This document shows positions 19,017 through 28,674 of a DNA stretch of 64,000 nt, piece by piece. The stretch covers positions 1,088,001 to 1,152,000 of the forward strand of contig OZ241986.1 of the NCBI GenBank assembly GCA_965204375.1. Direction: 5' to 3'. A program made the translations under genes and the position numbers. The stretch comes from Candidatus Latescibacterota bacterium (GTDB lineage: Bacteria; Latescibacterota; UBA2968). Position 1 is the first letter of the stretch; the number at the start of each line of letters is the position of its first letter. The notes beneath the pieces were generated by a model. The model searched no databases. It was given only the letters and a program-made list of their open reading frames with translations, and was not told where the DNA came from.

Positions 19017-20378
19017 TCAGTAAATCTCACGATTTCTTTTTTTAAAACGCAAGTTTTTGACCCGGTTTCCCGTCAGTTTGAACCCCGTAACTTGTCCCGT
19101 ATCGTCTCGCGTAAAATGAACTTCTGGGAAAAACCACACATCCCCAACGAAGTGACCGTCGGCACAGGTTAGCGATATGTCGTCATGCCGTCTGTGTTGC
19201 GCCACAAGCCGGTCCCCTCGCACACCAATGGTATAGGTGGTATCGAGTTCTTCGGTGTAATAATCGCCTTCGAATTCTGACAACTGTTCTGGTGATAGGG
19301 GAGGTGTCTCGGTGCGTTCAGAGGGTTGCGTATCCGGGCTGGTTTCTTTGGGAGCAAGGACATCAGCGAGATAGAGATCAGCGATCTTTCTCGCCAGATT
19401 AAGCGGATTAAAGGTGTCCAGATTGCACAATATGACAACGCCAAATTTCTGGGCTGGAAAGCGTATGAGATGGCTGCGAAACCCTCGCCATGATCCGCTG
19501 TGTCCGACCGTTTTCAGCGCTCTGTACTCGCCGATGTCCAATCCGAAGGCGTAGCTGATCTGTTCGCCATTATTGAGAAGCCCTCGCTGATGCATCTGCT
19601 CAACCACTGCCTGTCCGCCTATTCGTGCATCGTCAAAGTTCAGAATCCACTTTGCCAGATCTTCCACGGTTGAATGGAGAGAACTCGAACCGAGAGCGGT
19701 TAAGTTGTTCACAGCATTCTTGAACCCATCATCTTTCACGGAAAAATAGGAATACGCCCGGTTTTTCACGATCATCTCGTGGTCATCGTAAAAGTGGGTG
19801 CTGGTCATGGCGAGGGGCTTAAAGATGTTGGCGTCCGTCCATTCGCGAAATGAATCTCCCGTTATTGTTTCAACGATTTCTGCCAGCAGATTATATCCCG
19901 TATTTGAGTATAAAAACGCTGTTCCTGGCTCGAAATTGAGTTCTTTCTGACGCCTTACCATTTTCAAAATATGCTTAAACGATATTACGTCATCCATCTC
20001 TCCGCCCGCGATGACGAGTGCCTGTACCCAATCCCGCAATCCACTCGTGTGATGCACCAGATGTCGGATCGTTATTTTTGTTCCAAAATCCGGGACATCG
20101 GGCAAGTGCATCCGAATATCGTCATCCAGCGAAAGTTTCCCTTCATGTACCAATGTGGCGATGGCAAAGCCCGCAAATTGCTTGGAGACCGAAGCAATGT
20201 CGAAGATGGTTGTCGGCACAATCGGGATGTCGTATTCCAGATTCGCCATACCGTATCCGCATTTGTAGATAATTTCACCGTCTTTGATAACCGACAGGGC
20301 CGCGCCAGGGGAGTCTGGCTTGTCCCATTCCGCGAATACACGATCGACTTTTGCCTCAAGTGACTCGTGATTTGTCAT
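19017..20378 (-). CDS. Serine hydrolase, beta-lactamase class C/aminopeptidase-like
   Basis: SVSK (SxxK), LVHHTSG, YSN, HSG. Confidence 0.88.
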   Translation of the reverse strand: MTNHESLEAKVDRVFAEWDKPDSPGAALSVIKDGEIIYKCGYGMANLEYDIPIVPTTIFDIASVSKQFAGFAIATLVHEGKLSLDDDIRMHLPDVPDFGTKITIRHLVHHTSGLRDWVQALVIAGGEMDDVISFKHILKMVRRQKELNFEPGTAFLYSNTGYNLLAEIVETITGDSFREWTDANIFKPLAMTSTHFYDDHEMIVKNRAYSYFSVKDDGFKNAVNNLTALGSSSLHSTVEDLAKWILNFDDARIGGQAVVEQMHQRGLLNNGEQISYAFGLDIGEYRALKTVGHSGSWRGFRSHLIRFPAQKFGVVILCNLDTFNPLNLARKIADLYLADVLAPKETSPDTQPSERTETPPLSPEQLSEFEGDYYTEELDTTYTIGVRGDRLVAQHRRHDDISLTCADGHFVGDVWFFPEVHFTRDDTGQVTGFKLTGNRVKNLRFKKRNREIY

Positions 20379-20391
20379 TGGTCACCTCTTC

Positions 20392-21183
20392 TCAGATCAT
20401 GCCCGTCACTTGCATCGCGGCTCTGGCAATCTCGGAGAGCGCGCATTCGCCGGTGACGCGATCGCCGAGTTTTAGACTGTAGAGCGCAATCACCATCGTC
20501 CCTATCGGAGATTCGATGAAGCCGACCTCATTGATTACACCCCGATTCGAGCCGGTTTTGGAACCCCAGCGATAGGTCTTAGAAGTCGGCACATATCGGC
20601 CGATGCGGCGACCGTTTTGTTGCAGGGTTAAGGTGGTGAGCATGGCCTGACAGGCTGCGGGGGAGGCGGCCTGGTCGTCGAGAATTGTCTTGACGACGGC
20701 AGTGTATTCATTGGGTGTAGCCCAATTTTCCTGTTCCCCATCAACCGCGAGGCGTCCGCGCATGGGACGTCCGAGGCAGGAGGCGGTCATACCGAGTTCT
20801 CGCATTGTCGCGTTGATGCGATCCATTCCGGCTGCTTCAATCAATATGTTGGTGGCGGTGTTGTCGCTTATGGACATCATTAGGTAGAGAAGATCTCCAA
20901 ACGACAGTTGCAATCCGGTATGCATGTGTCGCAGCACACCACTGCCAGGGGATTTATCCACAGAGCGGACGGTGTATGTGTCGTCGAGCGCGAGTGTGCC
21001 GCGATCCATAGCTCTGTAGATCTCGATCATGATCGGGATTTTAACTGTGCTGGCCGCTGGAAACTGATGATCACCCCGTGATGCCCAGCGCTCACCCTGA
21101 GGCGAGATCACACTGACGCCGATCGTGCCGGGCGATTCGTACTCTTTAACCGTTTGTTCCAGCCTGCTCCAGTCTGTGGTCAT
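20392..21183 (-). CDS. Class A beta-lactamase-related serine hydrolase (no signal peptide)
   Basis: STVK, SDN, KTG motifs. Confidence 0.85.
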   Translation of the reverse strand: MTTDWSRLEQTVKEYESPGTIGVSVISPQGERWASRGDHQFPAASTVKIPIMIEIYRAMDRGTLALDDTYTVRSVDKSPGSGVLRHMHTGLQLSFGDLLYLMMSISDNTATNILIEAAGMDRINATMRELGMTASCLGRPMRGRLAVDGEQENWATPNEYTAVVKTILDDQAASPAACQAMLTTLTLQQNGRRIGRYVPTSKTYRWGSKTGSNRGVINEVGFIESPIGTMVIALYSLKLGDRVTGECALSEIARAAMQVTGMI

Positions 21184-21191
21184 ACGGCCTC

Positions 21192-22241
21192 TCAATCAAC
21201 AATGGGCAAGTGAATTGTTGCGCCGCGTTCGACGGAGCGGAATACTGCTTCGGTGAATTCCATGTATTTCACGCCCTGATAGAAGGTTGATTCGGCGGGT
21301 TTGCCGGTTTTGATCATGTCGATAAAATCCGCCTCAACCGTCCATTCGCGCATGTCGGATGCGGGGACATCCAATTCCTGTAATGCGCCATCGCTGGATT
21401 TGGCTCCCAATATCCGTTGCTCGTCCAAAACGGGTGAGGTTTCGTAAATGAGTGTGCCGTCCGTGCCATAGATTTCAATGCTTTCCCCCGGTGCGTGATG
21501 CGCGGTGCCGGAGAAGAGATAGACCGCAGTTGCGCCGCTTTCCATTTGTGCCAAAATATTCACGGTGTCTGGGCGGTCAACCGGTCCCATGCCGTCTTCT
21601 GTGGCGCGCTCGGTGACATAAGTTTCTGCATGTGCGGATACGGACTTGGTGTAGCCACACCAGCGGTGTACAAATTCTACCAGCATGCCCACGCTCATGG
21701 TGTTTAAGCCGGAGAATCGACCGATCTGTCGCCAGTGTAGCGGAGTATTGGGATCAATACCGCCGGGCGTCATTGAGCGGATGACGATGTTGCGAATATC
21801 GCCAACATATCCTTCGGCGATCAACCGCTGCATGAACCAGTCGCCTTTTAATGCGTGCGGTGGCTGGCATATCTGGTGCGCGAGTTCTGATTCCATTGCT
21901 GCGGCATACATGACCTTTGCTTCGCGCAAGTTCATTGCCATACGCGCCTGCACAAATGCATGCTTGCCCGCCTTGAGCGATTCGAGTACAAACTCACAGT
22001 GTTTGTACGGCCATGTGCCTATCATTACGGCATCGATGTCATCTCGCGCAATGAGCGCGTAGGGATCGGTCATCAGGTCGGAAGTTAATCCAAATTCGGC
22101 CGCAATTTTGCCGCCACTCTCTTCACTGCGGTTGCAAATTGCCACGACCTCGGCATCGTCAATTGGAGCCAATCCCGGAAAGTGGCGGGTGCGAAAAATA
22201 CCGCCCGCACCAATAATACCAATGCGAATGTTATCTGCCAT
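21192..22241 (-). CDS. Gfo/Idh/MocA family oxidoreductase (close paralog of 6453-7490)
   Basis: Near-identical N-terminal half including IGTWPYKHCEFVL and FVQARMAMNLREA. Confidence 0.88.
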   Translation of the reverse strand: MADNIRIGIIGAGGIFRTRHFPGLAPIDDAEVVAICNRSEESGGKIAAEFGLTSDLMTDPYALIARDDIDAVMIGTWPYKHCEFVLESLKAGKHAFVQARMAMNLREAKVMYAAAMESELAHQICQPPHALKGDWFMQRLIAEGYVGDIRNIVIRSMTPGGIDPNTPLHWRQIGRFSGLNTMSVGMLVEFVHRWCGYTKSVSAHAETYVTERATEDGMGPVDRPDTVNILAQMESGATAVYLFSGTAHHAPGESIEIYGTDGTLIYETSPVLDEQRILGAKSSDGALQELDVPASDMREWTVEADFIDMIKTGKPAESTFYQGVKYMEFTEAVFRSVERGATIHLPIVD

Positions 22242-22254
22242 TACAACCTCCATT

Positions 22255-23250
22255 TTACTGCATAGTTAGATCTTCGTAACTCGTTAGATGATATTCATAT
22301 CCCAGATAGTCCAGCAAATTGCACAGGGCGCGGAATGCCACGCCAAAACCATCGATACCACTAAAGCCGCCGAATTGTCCACCGCCCTTTACATGCGGTT
22401 CCAGATCGATAAATACACCCGGTACACCCAGTTCCTGAAACTGGCTTTGCAGGCGCGGCACGAGGGTCTTAAAGTCTCGCAGGACCATTTCATGTCCGGC
22501 ATCGCCCTGATCGACGGGGATAAATCGCGTCAATCCTCTCTTTGTTGCGCGATCCAGCATCGGTTGATTGGCTGGCGCGTTAAATCCTTTGATGTGGATC
22601 CATCCCAATCCGGGCTTTGTTTTTTCATATTCGGCAAAAACGCTGTCCGGGCTGTGTCCCATGCTTTCCATATTGCCCACATCCATGATGATGCAGGTGT
22701 TGGGACTGTCGATCTTTTCGTGTAATGCGATCAGTGTTTCGCCATCTCCACCGATTAAATGCGATTCTACTTCAGAGCCGTAGATGAGACCTTCGCTTGC
22801 ACACAGGGCCACAATTTCTGAGAGTTGGTCCGCCGCTTGATTTAGATGAGGCCAGGGATCGGTCCCATGTGGATGGTAATAGCTAAAGCCGCGGATGAGT
22901 TTTGTGTCAAATGCATGGGCGAGTTCGATGGCGCGTTTGACATCTGTCTCCAGATATTCCTTAAACGGCACATAGCGATTGTCGGTCCCGTCATCCACGT
23001 CCAGCAATTTTACTTTTCCAAGCGGGGAACCAATACTCGATACCGAAATACCAAATTCACCGTGCAATTTTTGGAGTTGTACAATCTCCTGCGCGGTCAA
23101 TTCCATTGCGTTCTTTACCCCGTTGCCCACGTCGATAAACCGAATGGTGTAATAAGACAAACCGAGCGCGCGCATCATGGTAAATTGCTCTTCGGCGCGC
23201 TTGCTCTCCGGTCCTTCGTCGGCAAAACCCGATAAAATCACCTCTGCCAC
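22255..23250 (-). CDS. Sugar phosphate isomerase/epimerase (xylose isomerase-like TIM barrel)
   Basis: LSGFADE, GSPLGK, E..E, DVGN, HIK, LEPH. Confidence 0.82.
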   Translation of the reverse strand: MAEVILSGFADEGPESKRAEEQFTMMRALGLSYYTIRFIDVGNGVKNAMELTAQEIVQLQKLHGEFGISVSSIGSPLGKVKLLDVDDGTDNRYVPFKEYLETDVKRAIELAHAFDTKLIRGFSYYHPHGTDPWPHLNQAADQLSEIVALCASEGLIYGSEVESHLIGGDGETLIALHEKIDSPNTCIIMDVGNMESMGHSPDSVFAEYEKTKPGLGWIHIKGFNAPANQPMLDRATKRGLTRFIPVDQGDAGHEMVLRDFKTLVPRLQSQFQELGVPGVFIDLEPHVKGGGQFGGFSGIDGFGVAFRALCNLLDYLGYEYHLTSYEDLTMQ

Positions 23251-23264
23251 AATAATACTCCTTT

Positions 23265-23702
23265 CTATGGATCAGGCCAAAGCACGGGAATCAATCGCTG
23301 TGTGCCAGTGCCCTGATCGCAACTTGGCGTAATCTCAATTGATTGACTATCCCTGAAATCCACGTTGGCCAATACAACGGCTGATAAAAAAGTACACGAT
23401 CCTCCGGGGGCTATTTCAGCGGGTGTACATACATCTTCGCTCATCCCCAACAAGGTGCCGTTTTCACCCAACACGCGCACGCTTACCTTAAGGCCCGTGA
23501 GACCCAAACCCGATTGGCTGTCAAGATTACCATTAATGCGGATAAAGCTCGGATCTTCAGGTGTAACCGCAGCCTCTCCTATAATGGATGGGTTGCCCAA
23601 AACGACTAAATCTTCGGACATGAAAACCCGCGACCCGGCAGAGTCGTCTTTAGAACATCCGAATAAAAAAAAGACGGACAAAAGTCCAATGATGTATTTC
23701 AT
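23265..23702 (-). CDS. Putative lipoprotein
   Basis: MKYIIGLLSVFFLFGC lipobox; GAGGA RBS. Confidence 0.7.
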   Translation of the reverse strand: MKYIIGLLSVFFLFGCSKDDSAGSRVFMSEDLVVLGNPSIIGEAAVTPEDPSFIRINGNLDSQSGLGLTGLKVSVRVLGENGTLLGMSEDVCTPAEIAPGGSCTFLSAVVLANVDFRDSQSIEITPSCDQGTGTQRLIPVLWPDP

Positions 23703-23796
23703 CGCTGTGTCCTCTGTTGTGTGATACGGCTCGTTTGACGCAACAATATACACGCCAAAACCGTATCGGGCAAGGGGGGTATCAGCAGTCAGCTGG

Positions 23797-24177
23797 CTAC
23801 TGACTGATTTCCTCAAAATCAAATGTCACCACATTCTGCACGCCCGATAGATTCAAACGCGGGGCAAATGCCATTGTCAATGCAATTTTCTGCACCTGTC
23901 CCGCGTCAAATCTGGAAAACCGATGGGTTGCACGGGCAATTTCTTCGCTGTCAGCGGTCCGCAATTTCCAGGTCATGATAAATGGACTGATTATCGGTAC
24001 TGGTCCCGTATTGACGACATCGACCAGGATATTGACTCCCACAATATCACCCGCCGCATTGTGGATCGGCTCGCGGTGTACGTTGGCTATGGACATAAAA
24101 TCCGAAAGTATCTCGTTTTCAGGCGATATGGGAACGCCGCCACAGCCGAGCAAAAGACATACGAGCAGCCATCTCAT
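23797..24177 (-). CDS. Putative lipoprotein
   Basis: MRWLLVCLLLGC lipobox. Confidence 0.7.
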   Translation of the reverse strand: MRWLLVCLLLGCGGVPISPENEILSDFMSIANVHREPIHNAAGDIVGVNILVDVVNTGPVPIISPFIMTWKLRTADSEEIARATHRFSRFDAGQVQKIALTMAFAPRLNLSGVQNVVTFDFEEISQ

Positions 24178-24184
24178 GGATTAT

Positions 24185-24964
24185 TTACTTTCCAAAATAC
24201 GCTATGCCTATCAGGCCGATGAGCCAACAATAATAGGCAAATTGTGCAAAATGTCCGCCACTGAGCAATCTCAGGAGCCATCGAATGGCAAATACCCCGG
24301 ATGCATAAGCGACAATAGCACCAATCAGCAGGGGCCATAGTGCGTTCATTTGCGGGGGGTGGGTGAGCAGGCCGCCAACTTCTAATGCGGTTGCGCCCAA
24401 AATGATGGGGATGGATAATAAAAAAGAAAATGTTGCGGCTTCGCGACCGTCTATCCCGCGCCACAGACCCATGCCAATGGTTGATCCCGATCTGGAAATT
24501 CCCGGCAATACGGCGAGGGCCTGGGCAAAGCCGATTAAAATGGCGTCTAAAAATGTAATTTTCACGCGGTTTGCGCGCGCAAACCGCGTGCTCCACAAAA
24601 TACAGCCGGTCGCGATCAAGAATCCGCATACGGCGACCGGACTGGCGAAAGCCTCTTTGAGCATGTCTTTGAACAAGATTCCCACGACGCCAGCGGGGAT
24701 AGAGCCGATTACCAACAGGTAGATTGTGTGCCAGGATGCGCTGTCGCGCCGCAAACATCCGGCGAGTAGGTTGCTGATTCGCGCTCGCAATGCGGTCACT
24801 ATAGCCAGCAAAGTCCCAAAGTGTACGATCACTTCAAAGGTGACATTACCGGTTTTAATACCCCATGCCGCTTGTCCCAATGCGAGATGTCCCGAACTGC
24901 TTACGGGCAAAAATTCGGTCAGCCCTTGCAATAGTCCCAGGAGTATGGCTTCATAAGGTGTCAA
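24185..24964 (-). CDS. uppP: Undecaprenyl-diphosphate phosphatase
   Basis: QGLTEFLPVSSSGHL and PGISRSGST signatures. Confidence 0.95.
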   Translation of the reverse strand: MTPYEAILLGLLQGLTEFLPVSSSGHLALGQAAWGIKTGNVTFEVIVHFGTLLAIVTALRARISNLLAGCLRRDSASWHTIYLLVIGSIPAGVVGILFKDMLKEAFASPVAVCGFLIATGCILWSTRFARANRVKITFLDAILIGFAQALAVLPGISRSGSTIGMGLWRGIDGREAATFSFLLSIPIILGATALEVGGLLTHPPQMNALWPLLIGAIVAYASGVFAIRWLLRLLSGGHFAQFAYYCWLIGLIGIAYFGK

Positions 24965-24974
24965 GAGTAACCCC

Positions 24975-25020
24975 TGTCTGAATCAGGATGTACAGGATTT
25001 TAGGATTTTCAGGATTACAG
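24975..25020 (+). repeat. Dispersed (AGGAT)n 8-9-nt-period repeat arm
   Basis: CTGTCTGAATCAGGATGTACAGGATTTTAGGATTTTCAGGATT; same family at 30610 (inverted) and 46911. Confidence 0.75.
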
Positions 25021-25048
25021 GCAAAGCGAAAAGAGTAGGCGGAGTAGG

Positions 25049-25867
25049 TCAAAGACATAAGGTTTCCAACAATTCTATCACGGGTACCATAGATGCGTCG
25101 TTGCAGATTACAACATCGTAAGCGCGTAGATATGTAGCGCGATTTTCTTCGACCGCTTCGTTCAAAAATCCCACGCGAATGATACAGTTCGCCCGGGCGT
25201 CGTTTACCATCTGTGCATCTTCTATGGTGTCTCCCAGGAGGAGGACGCAGCCTTGTGGTGTATTTGCATGACGCGCTTTGTTAAAGCTGTGGATTACCGG
25301 TTCGCAAAATCCCGCTACCGCGCCAGGTGTATCGAATATCAATTTGTTTGCCGTTATTGCCACATTTGAAGTGAGTAATGTTCTGACTTTTAAGTATTTC
25401 GCAATTACGTTGCCAATGCCTGCGGATAAAATTAACAGGGGGATCTCTCTGTCTGCCAATATTTTAAAAAGATCGATGGAACCATCGCGCAAGCGCATGA
25501 AATCACGGATAGCAATGTCTTCTATTACCTCCTCGGTAAGTCCATATTTCTGCATCATCGCAAGTGCAGCCATCCACCAGTCGCGCATGGCTTTTTGTTT
25601 TTCACGGTGCGAGATTGTCTGCGATATTTCAATGGGGCGATACCGCGCGTACAGGTGATCCATTTCAACGCGGTATGCCTCTCCCAAATAGGCTCCGTGC
25701 GCAATTACCGAATAGGAGGTCGCATCTTGCCCTTCTTCTGTTCGCGCTTTTGTCAATGTGCGGTCCCAATCGCTGACCACACACAGTTGCTCGTTTTTCG
25801 TCTGACTTTTCAATTGCGCGATTTTGTCCTGCAGGGCGGCCTGATCAGCAATTAATACATGGTCCAT
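25049..25867 (-). CDS. Pyrimidine 5'-nucleotidase (UMPH-1/cN-III-type HAD)
   Basis: DWDRTLT, EK...M.DWW, LSAGIG, IHSFNK, LLGDTIED, GFLNE...YDVVI.ND. Confidence 0.82.
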   Translation of the reverse strand: MDHVLIADQAALQDKIAQLKSQTKNEQLCVVSDWDRTLTKARTEEGQDATSYSVIAHGAYLGEAYRVEMDHLYARYRPIEISQTISHREKQKAMRDWWMAALAMMQKYGLTEEVIEDIAIRDFMRLRDGSIDLFKILADREIPLLILSAGIGNVIAKYLKVRTLLTSNVAITANKLIFDTPGAVAGFCEPVIHSFNKARHANTPQGCVLLLGDTIEDAQMVNDARANCIIRVGFLNEAVEENRATYLRAYDVVICNDASMVPVIELLETLCL

Positions 25868-25869
25868 AG

Positions 25870-27066
25870 TTATTCTTCAATCCGCTCGCTGATCTCACCG
25901 GTTTCTTTGTCTTTTACAATTCGTTTCAAGCGTCCATCGGGCATGCGCTCGGTTTTCAGGGTGGCAAATCGCGTTTCTGTTTCTGCCAATGCTGTTTCTC
26001 GATCCACTTCACCACCGCGCCATTCCATTTCTATAGGCTCCCATTGTTTTGTTTTTGCCGATTTGTAACACGCATCTATAATCGCATTGACGACATAGCC
26101 GTCGTACAGTGTTTCCATTGGTTCGCGTCCTTCATCCCACGCGTTGAACATATCTACAAACATGTCTGAATATCCCAATTCGGCCACTTCGTCGCCCACG
26201 GGGAAGAGCCATCCCGTATCGCCTTCGGCTTTTTCCGCCACATAACCCCCTTGTCCCACAGCCGTGAACATGTCAAATCCCGTGCGCAACCAGTGGTTGA
26301 GCCAGATTGTTCCTTCTGTGCCCGCCACTTCGTCCCGCAGGTCCATGCCTCCGCGAAATGCCCATCCGACTTCAAATTGGCCCATGGATCCATTTTCAAA
26401 TTTGATCAGTCCGATCCCGTGATCCTCTGCTTCGACTGGATGTACGAGTGTGTCGGACCAGCACATCGCTTCGACCGGGCGAATGCCTTTGCCGATGAAG
26501 TTGCGAATGATTTCAATGCAGTGACACCCCATATCGACAATTGCGCCGCCACCTGCTTTGTCTATGTCCCAGAACCAATCGCTGTGGGGACCAGGGTGTG
26601 TTTCGCGCGATCGCACCCACAAGATGCGTCCCAGTGCGCCGTTTTTTACGGATTCGAGGGCTTTTAAGGTTTTTGGGGGATATACCAGGTCTTCGAGATA
26701 CCCGCCAAATACACCCGCTTTTTCCACTGCATTCAGGATTTGCCGGGCTTCATCAGCGGTGCGTCCGAGGGGTTTGGTACACAATACGGCTTTGCCAGCC
26801 TGTGCCGCGAGTGTTGCGGCTTCGAGGTGCAGGTCGTTGGGTAAGCCGATTACCACGCCGTCGGTTTCTTCGTCTTCAATTGCGGCTTTGAGATCTGTTG
26901 TCCATTTTGGTATGTCCCATTCTTCCGCAAATGTCCTGGCGCGTTCTTCGGTCCGCGAATACACGACCTGTACGCGATCAATTCCCCGATGTCTGTGCAA
27001 GGTCATGGTGTAAAACATTCCGATCAGTCCGGTTCCCAACATGGTCAATTTATGTCCTTCAGCCAT
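25870..27066 (-). CDS. Gfo/Idh/MocA family oxidoreductase
   Basis: [24 protein letters not shown]. Confidence 0.9.
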   Translation of the reverse strand: MAEGHKLTMLGTGLIGMFYTMTLHRHRGIDRVQVVYSRTEERARTFAEEWDIPKWTTDLKAAIEDEETDGVVIGLPNDLHLEAATLAAQAGKAVLCTKPLGRTADEARQILNAVEKAGVFGGYLEDLVYPPKTLKALESVKNGALGRILWVRSRETHPGPHSDWFWDIDKAGGGAIVDMGCHCIEIIRNFIGKGIRPVEAMCWSDTLVHPVEAEDHGIGLIKFENGSMGQFEVGWAFRGGMDLRDEVAGTEGTIWLNHWLRTGFDMFTAVGQGGYVAEKAEGDTGWLFPVGDEVAELGYSDMFVDMFNAWDEGREPMETLYDGYVVNAIIDACYKSAKTKQWEPIEMEWRGGEVDRETALAETETRFATLKTERMPDGRLKRIVKDKETGEISERIEE

Positions 27067-27096
27067 TTTAAACTCCTTGAAAAAAGTTATCGGCAA

Positions 27097-27627
27097 TCAT
27101 CCAAACAGCGTCGGTTGAAGCACGCCTTCATGCGTTAAGAGAAATTTTTTCTTGTCCATCCCTCCAGCATATCCCGTTAGATGACCAGATGCACCGATTA
27201 CGCGGTGACACGGTACCACTATTGCCACGGGATTTTTGCCATTGGCCGCGCCCACGGCTTGCGATGCGTCTGCATTGCCCAATGCGTGGGCGAGGTCTCC
27301 GTAAGTTCGCGTTTCTCCAAAGGGTATCTCCAGCAATAATTTCCACACGCGCTTTTGAAAATTTGTTCCGCTCAGGTTCAGTGGTAAATCAAAAATTTTC
27401 AGCTTCCCATTAAAATACATCGCGAGTTGCTCGACCGCCGCATTTATGATCGGATGATTTACCGCGCGAGATAGATTTATCTTTGCCTGTTCCGTACGAT
27501 CACCCTCAAACGCAATCGCATGTACGCCATTATCTGAGGCAAAGACAGTCAACGGTCCCAGTGGGCTTACCACATCTTTGCATACGGTCTCTTGTGACAA
27601 TTGCTTTAACATCTGTAAATCTAACAC
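27097..27627 (-). CDS. ogt: Methylated-DNA--protein-cysteine S-methyltransferase
   Basis: FQKRVW, IPFGETRTYG, PCHRV active site, GYAGG. Confidence 0.92.
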   Translation of the reverse strand: MLDLQMLKQLSQETVCKDVVSPLGPLTVFASDNGVHAIAFEGDRTEQAKINLSRAVNHPIINAAVEQLAMYFNGKLKIFDLPLNLSGTNFQKRVWKLLLEIPFGETRTYGDLAHALGNADASQAVGAANGKNPVAIVVPCHRVIGASGHLTGYAGGMDKKKFLLTHEGVLQPTLFG

Positions 27628-27671
27628 AGTGACCTCCGTGAAAGCGAGATAAGTCTTCTCTTACATTATAC

Positions 27672-27712
27672 AAAAAAACGGGACGTATGCTCAAAAGAAC
27701 ATACATCCCGTT
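27672..27712 (-). terminator. Intrinsic terminator after the response regulator
   Basis: Minus strand AACGGGATGTATGTTC-TTTT-GAGCATACGTCCCGTT followed by a T tract. Confidence 0.75.
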
Positions 27713-27733
27713 AGGGGAGAAAGATAGATTGGT

Positions 27734-28423
27734 TTACTCAATCGGCTTAAAACAGTATCCCACGCCTCGTACCGTGCGGATCATTTCCTGTGCTGTGCCC
27801 AGTTTTGCGCGCATGCGACGAATATGTGCATCTACCATCCGTCCATTGCCCAGATGGTTGTATCCCCATACGGCGTTGAGCAAATCTCTGCGCGATTGTA
27901 CGCGTCCGGCGCGTTCCATCAGTGTGAATAGCAATTGAAATTCAATTGGCGTCAAATTTTTGGTTTCATTTTCTACGGTCACTTTGTGTGCGGTTTTATC
28001 TACACTTAAAGTGCCATAGGCAAGGCGATCATCACTTTGCTGATTGACCTGATTCACCCGCTGTAAAATGCCCCGAATCCGCAATATGAGTTCCCGCAGG
28101 GAAAATGGTTTTACGATATAATCATCTACGCCGAGTTCAAAAGCCAGTACCCGATCCACTTCATGGCGCCGCGCAGAGAGGATGCAAATTGGTATTGCGC
28201 GTGTTCTGGGTTCTCGCTTTACTTCTTTACAGAAGTCAAATCCATTCATCCCCGGCAAGATCAGGTCCATTAAGATCAGATCTGGAATGCGCTGGTTCAA
28301 AATATCCAGTGCAGTCTCAGCATCGTTAGAACTCACCACATCAAAACCCGTTTTTTCCAGGTTATAGCGGATGGTTTCGACGATGTCGGGTTCATCTACT
28401 ATAATGAGAATCTGTTCGGGCAC
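27734..28423 (-). CDS. OmpR/PhoB family response regulator (PhoB/PhoP-like; no adjacent kinase)
   Basis: Receiver DLILMD, KPFS; wHTH GRVQSR..LL..VWGY, VDAHIRR, IRTVRGVGY. Confidence 0.9.
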   Translation of the reverse strand: MPEQILIIVDEPDIVETIRYNLEKTGFDVVSSNDAETALDILNQRIPDLILMDLILPGMNGFDFCKEVKREPRTRAIPICILSARRHEVDRVLAFELGVDDYIVKPFSLRELILRIRGILQRVNQVNQQSDDRLAYGTLSVDKTAHKVTVENETKNLTPIEFQLLFTLMERAGRVQSRRDLLNAVWGYNHLGNGRMVDAHIRRMRAKLGTAQEMIRTVRGVGYCFKPIE

Positions 28424-28486
28424 GGCAACCTGTCCTCGCTCGCGTATAGAAGTGAAAATAGAGCGAGTTTATACTACTGTACACAG

Positions 28487-28526
28487 GTCACAGTCCTATT
28501 TCAAATGTGTTGCGGTTAAGTGACAA
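28487..28526 (-). promoter_or_regulatory. Pho-box-like array of four half-sites at 11-bp spacing
   Basis: Minus strand TTGTCAC-ttaa-CCGCAAC-acat-TTGAAAT-agga-CTGTGAC upstream of the PhoB-like gene. Confidence 0.5.
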
Positions 28527-28674
28527 TTTTGAGAGATACAAGCAGTTAGTTATCAATCCGTCGATTTTAGAGGGTTTTTCGTTTCCAATCTCGCCCTTGA
28601 ATCCCCTTGTATTCCGTGTTATATTGGACGGTCTTTATAGCCTTCACCATTTCACTTAAGATAGGTACAACGTC

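Noticed and set aside
7560-21190. Integron cassette array as the explanation for the co-oriented patchwork
   Set aside because: No integrase and no recurring RYYYAAC...GTTRRRY attC structures seen between genes
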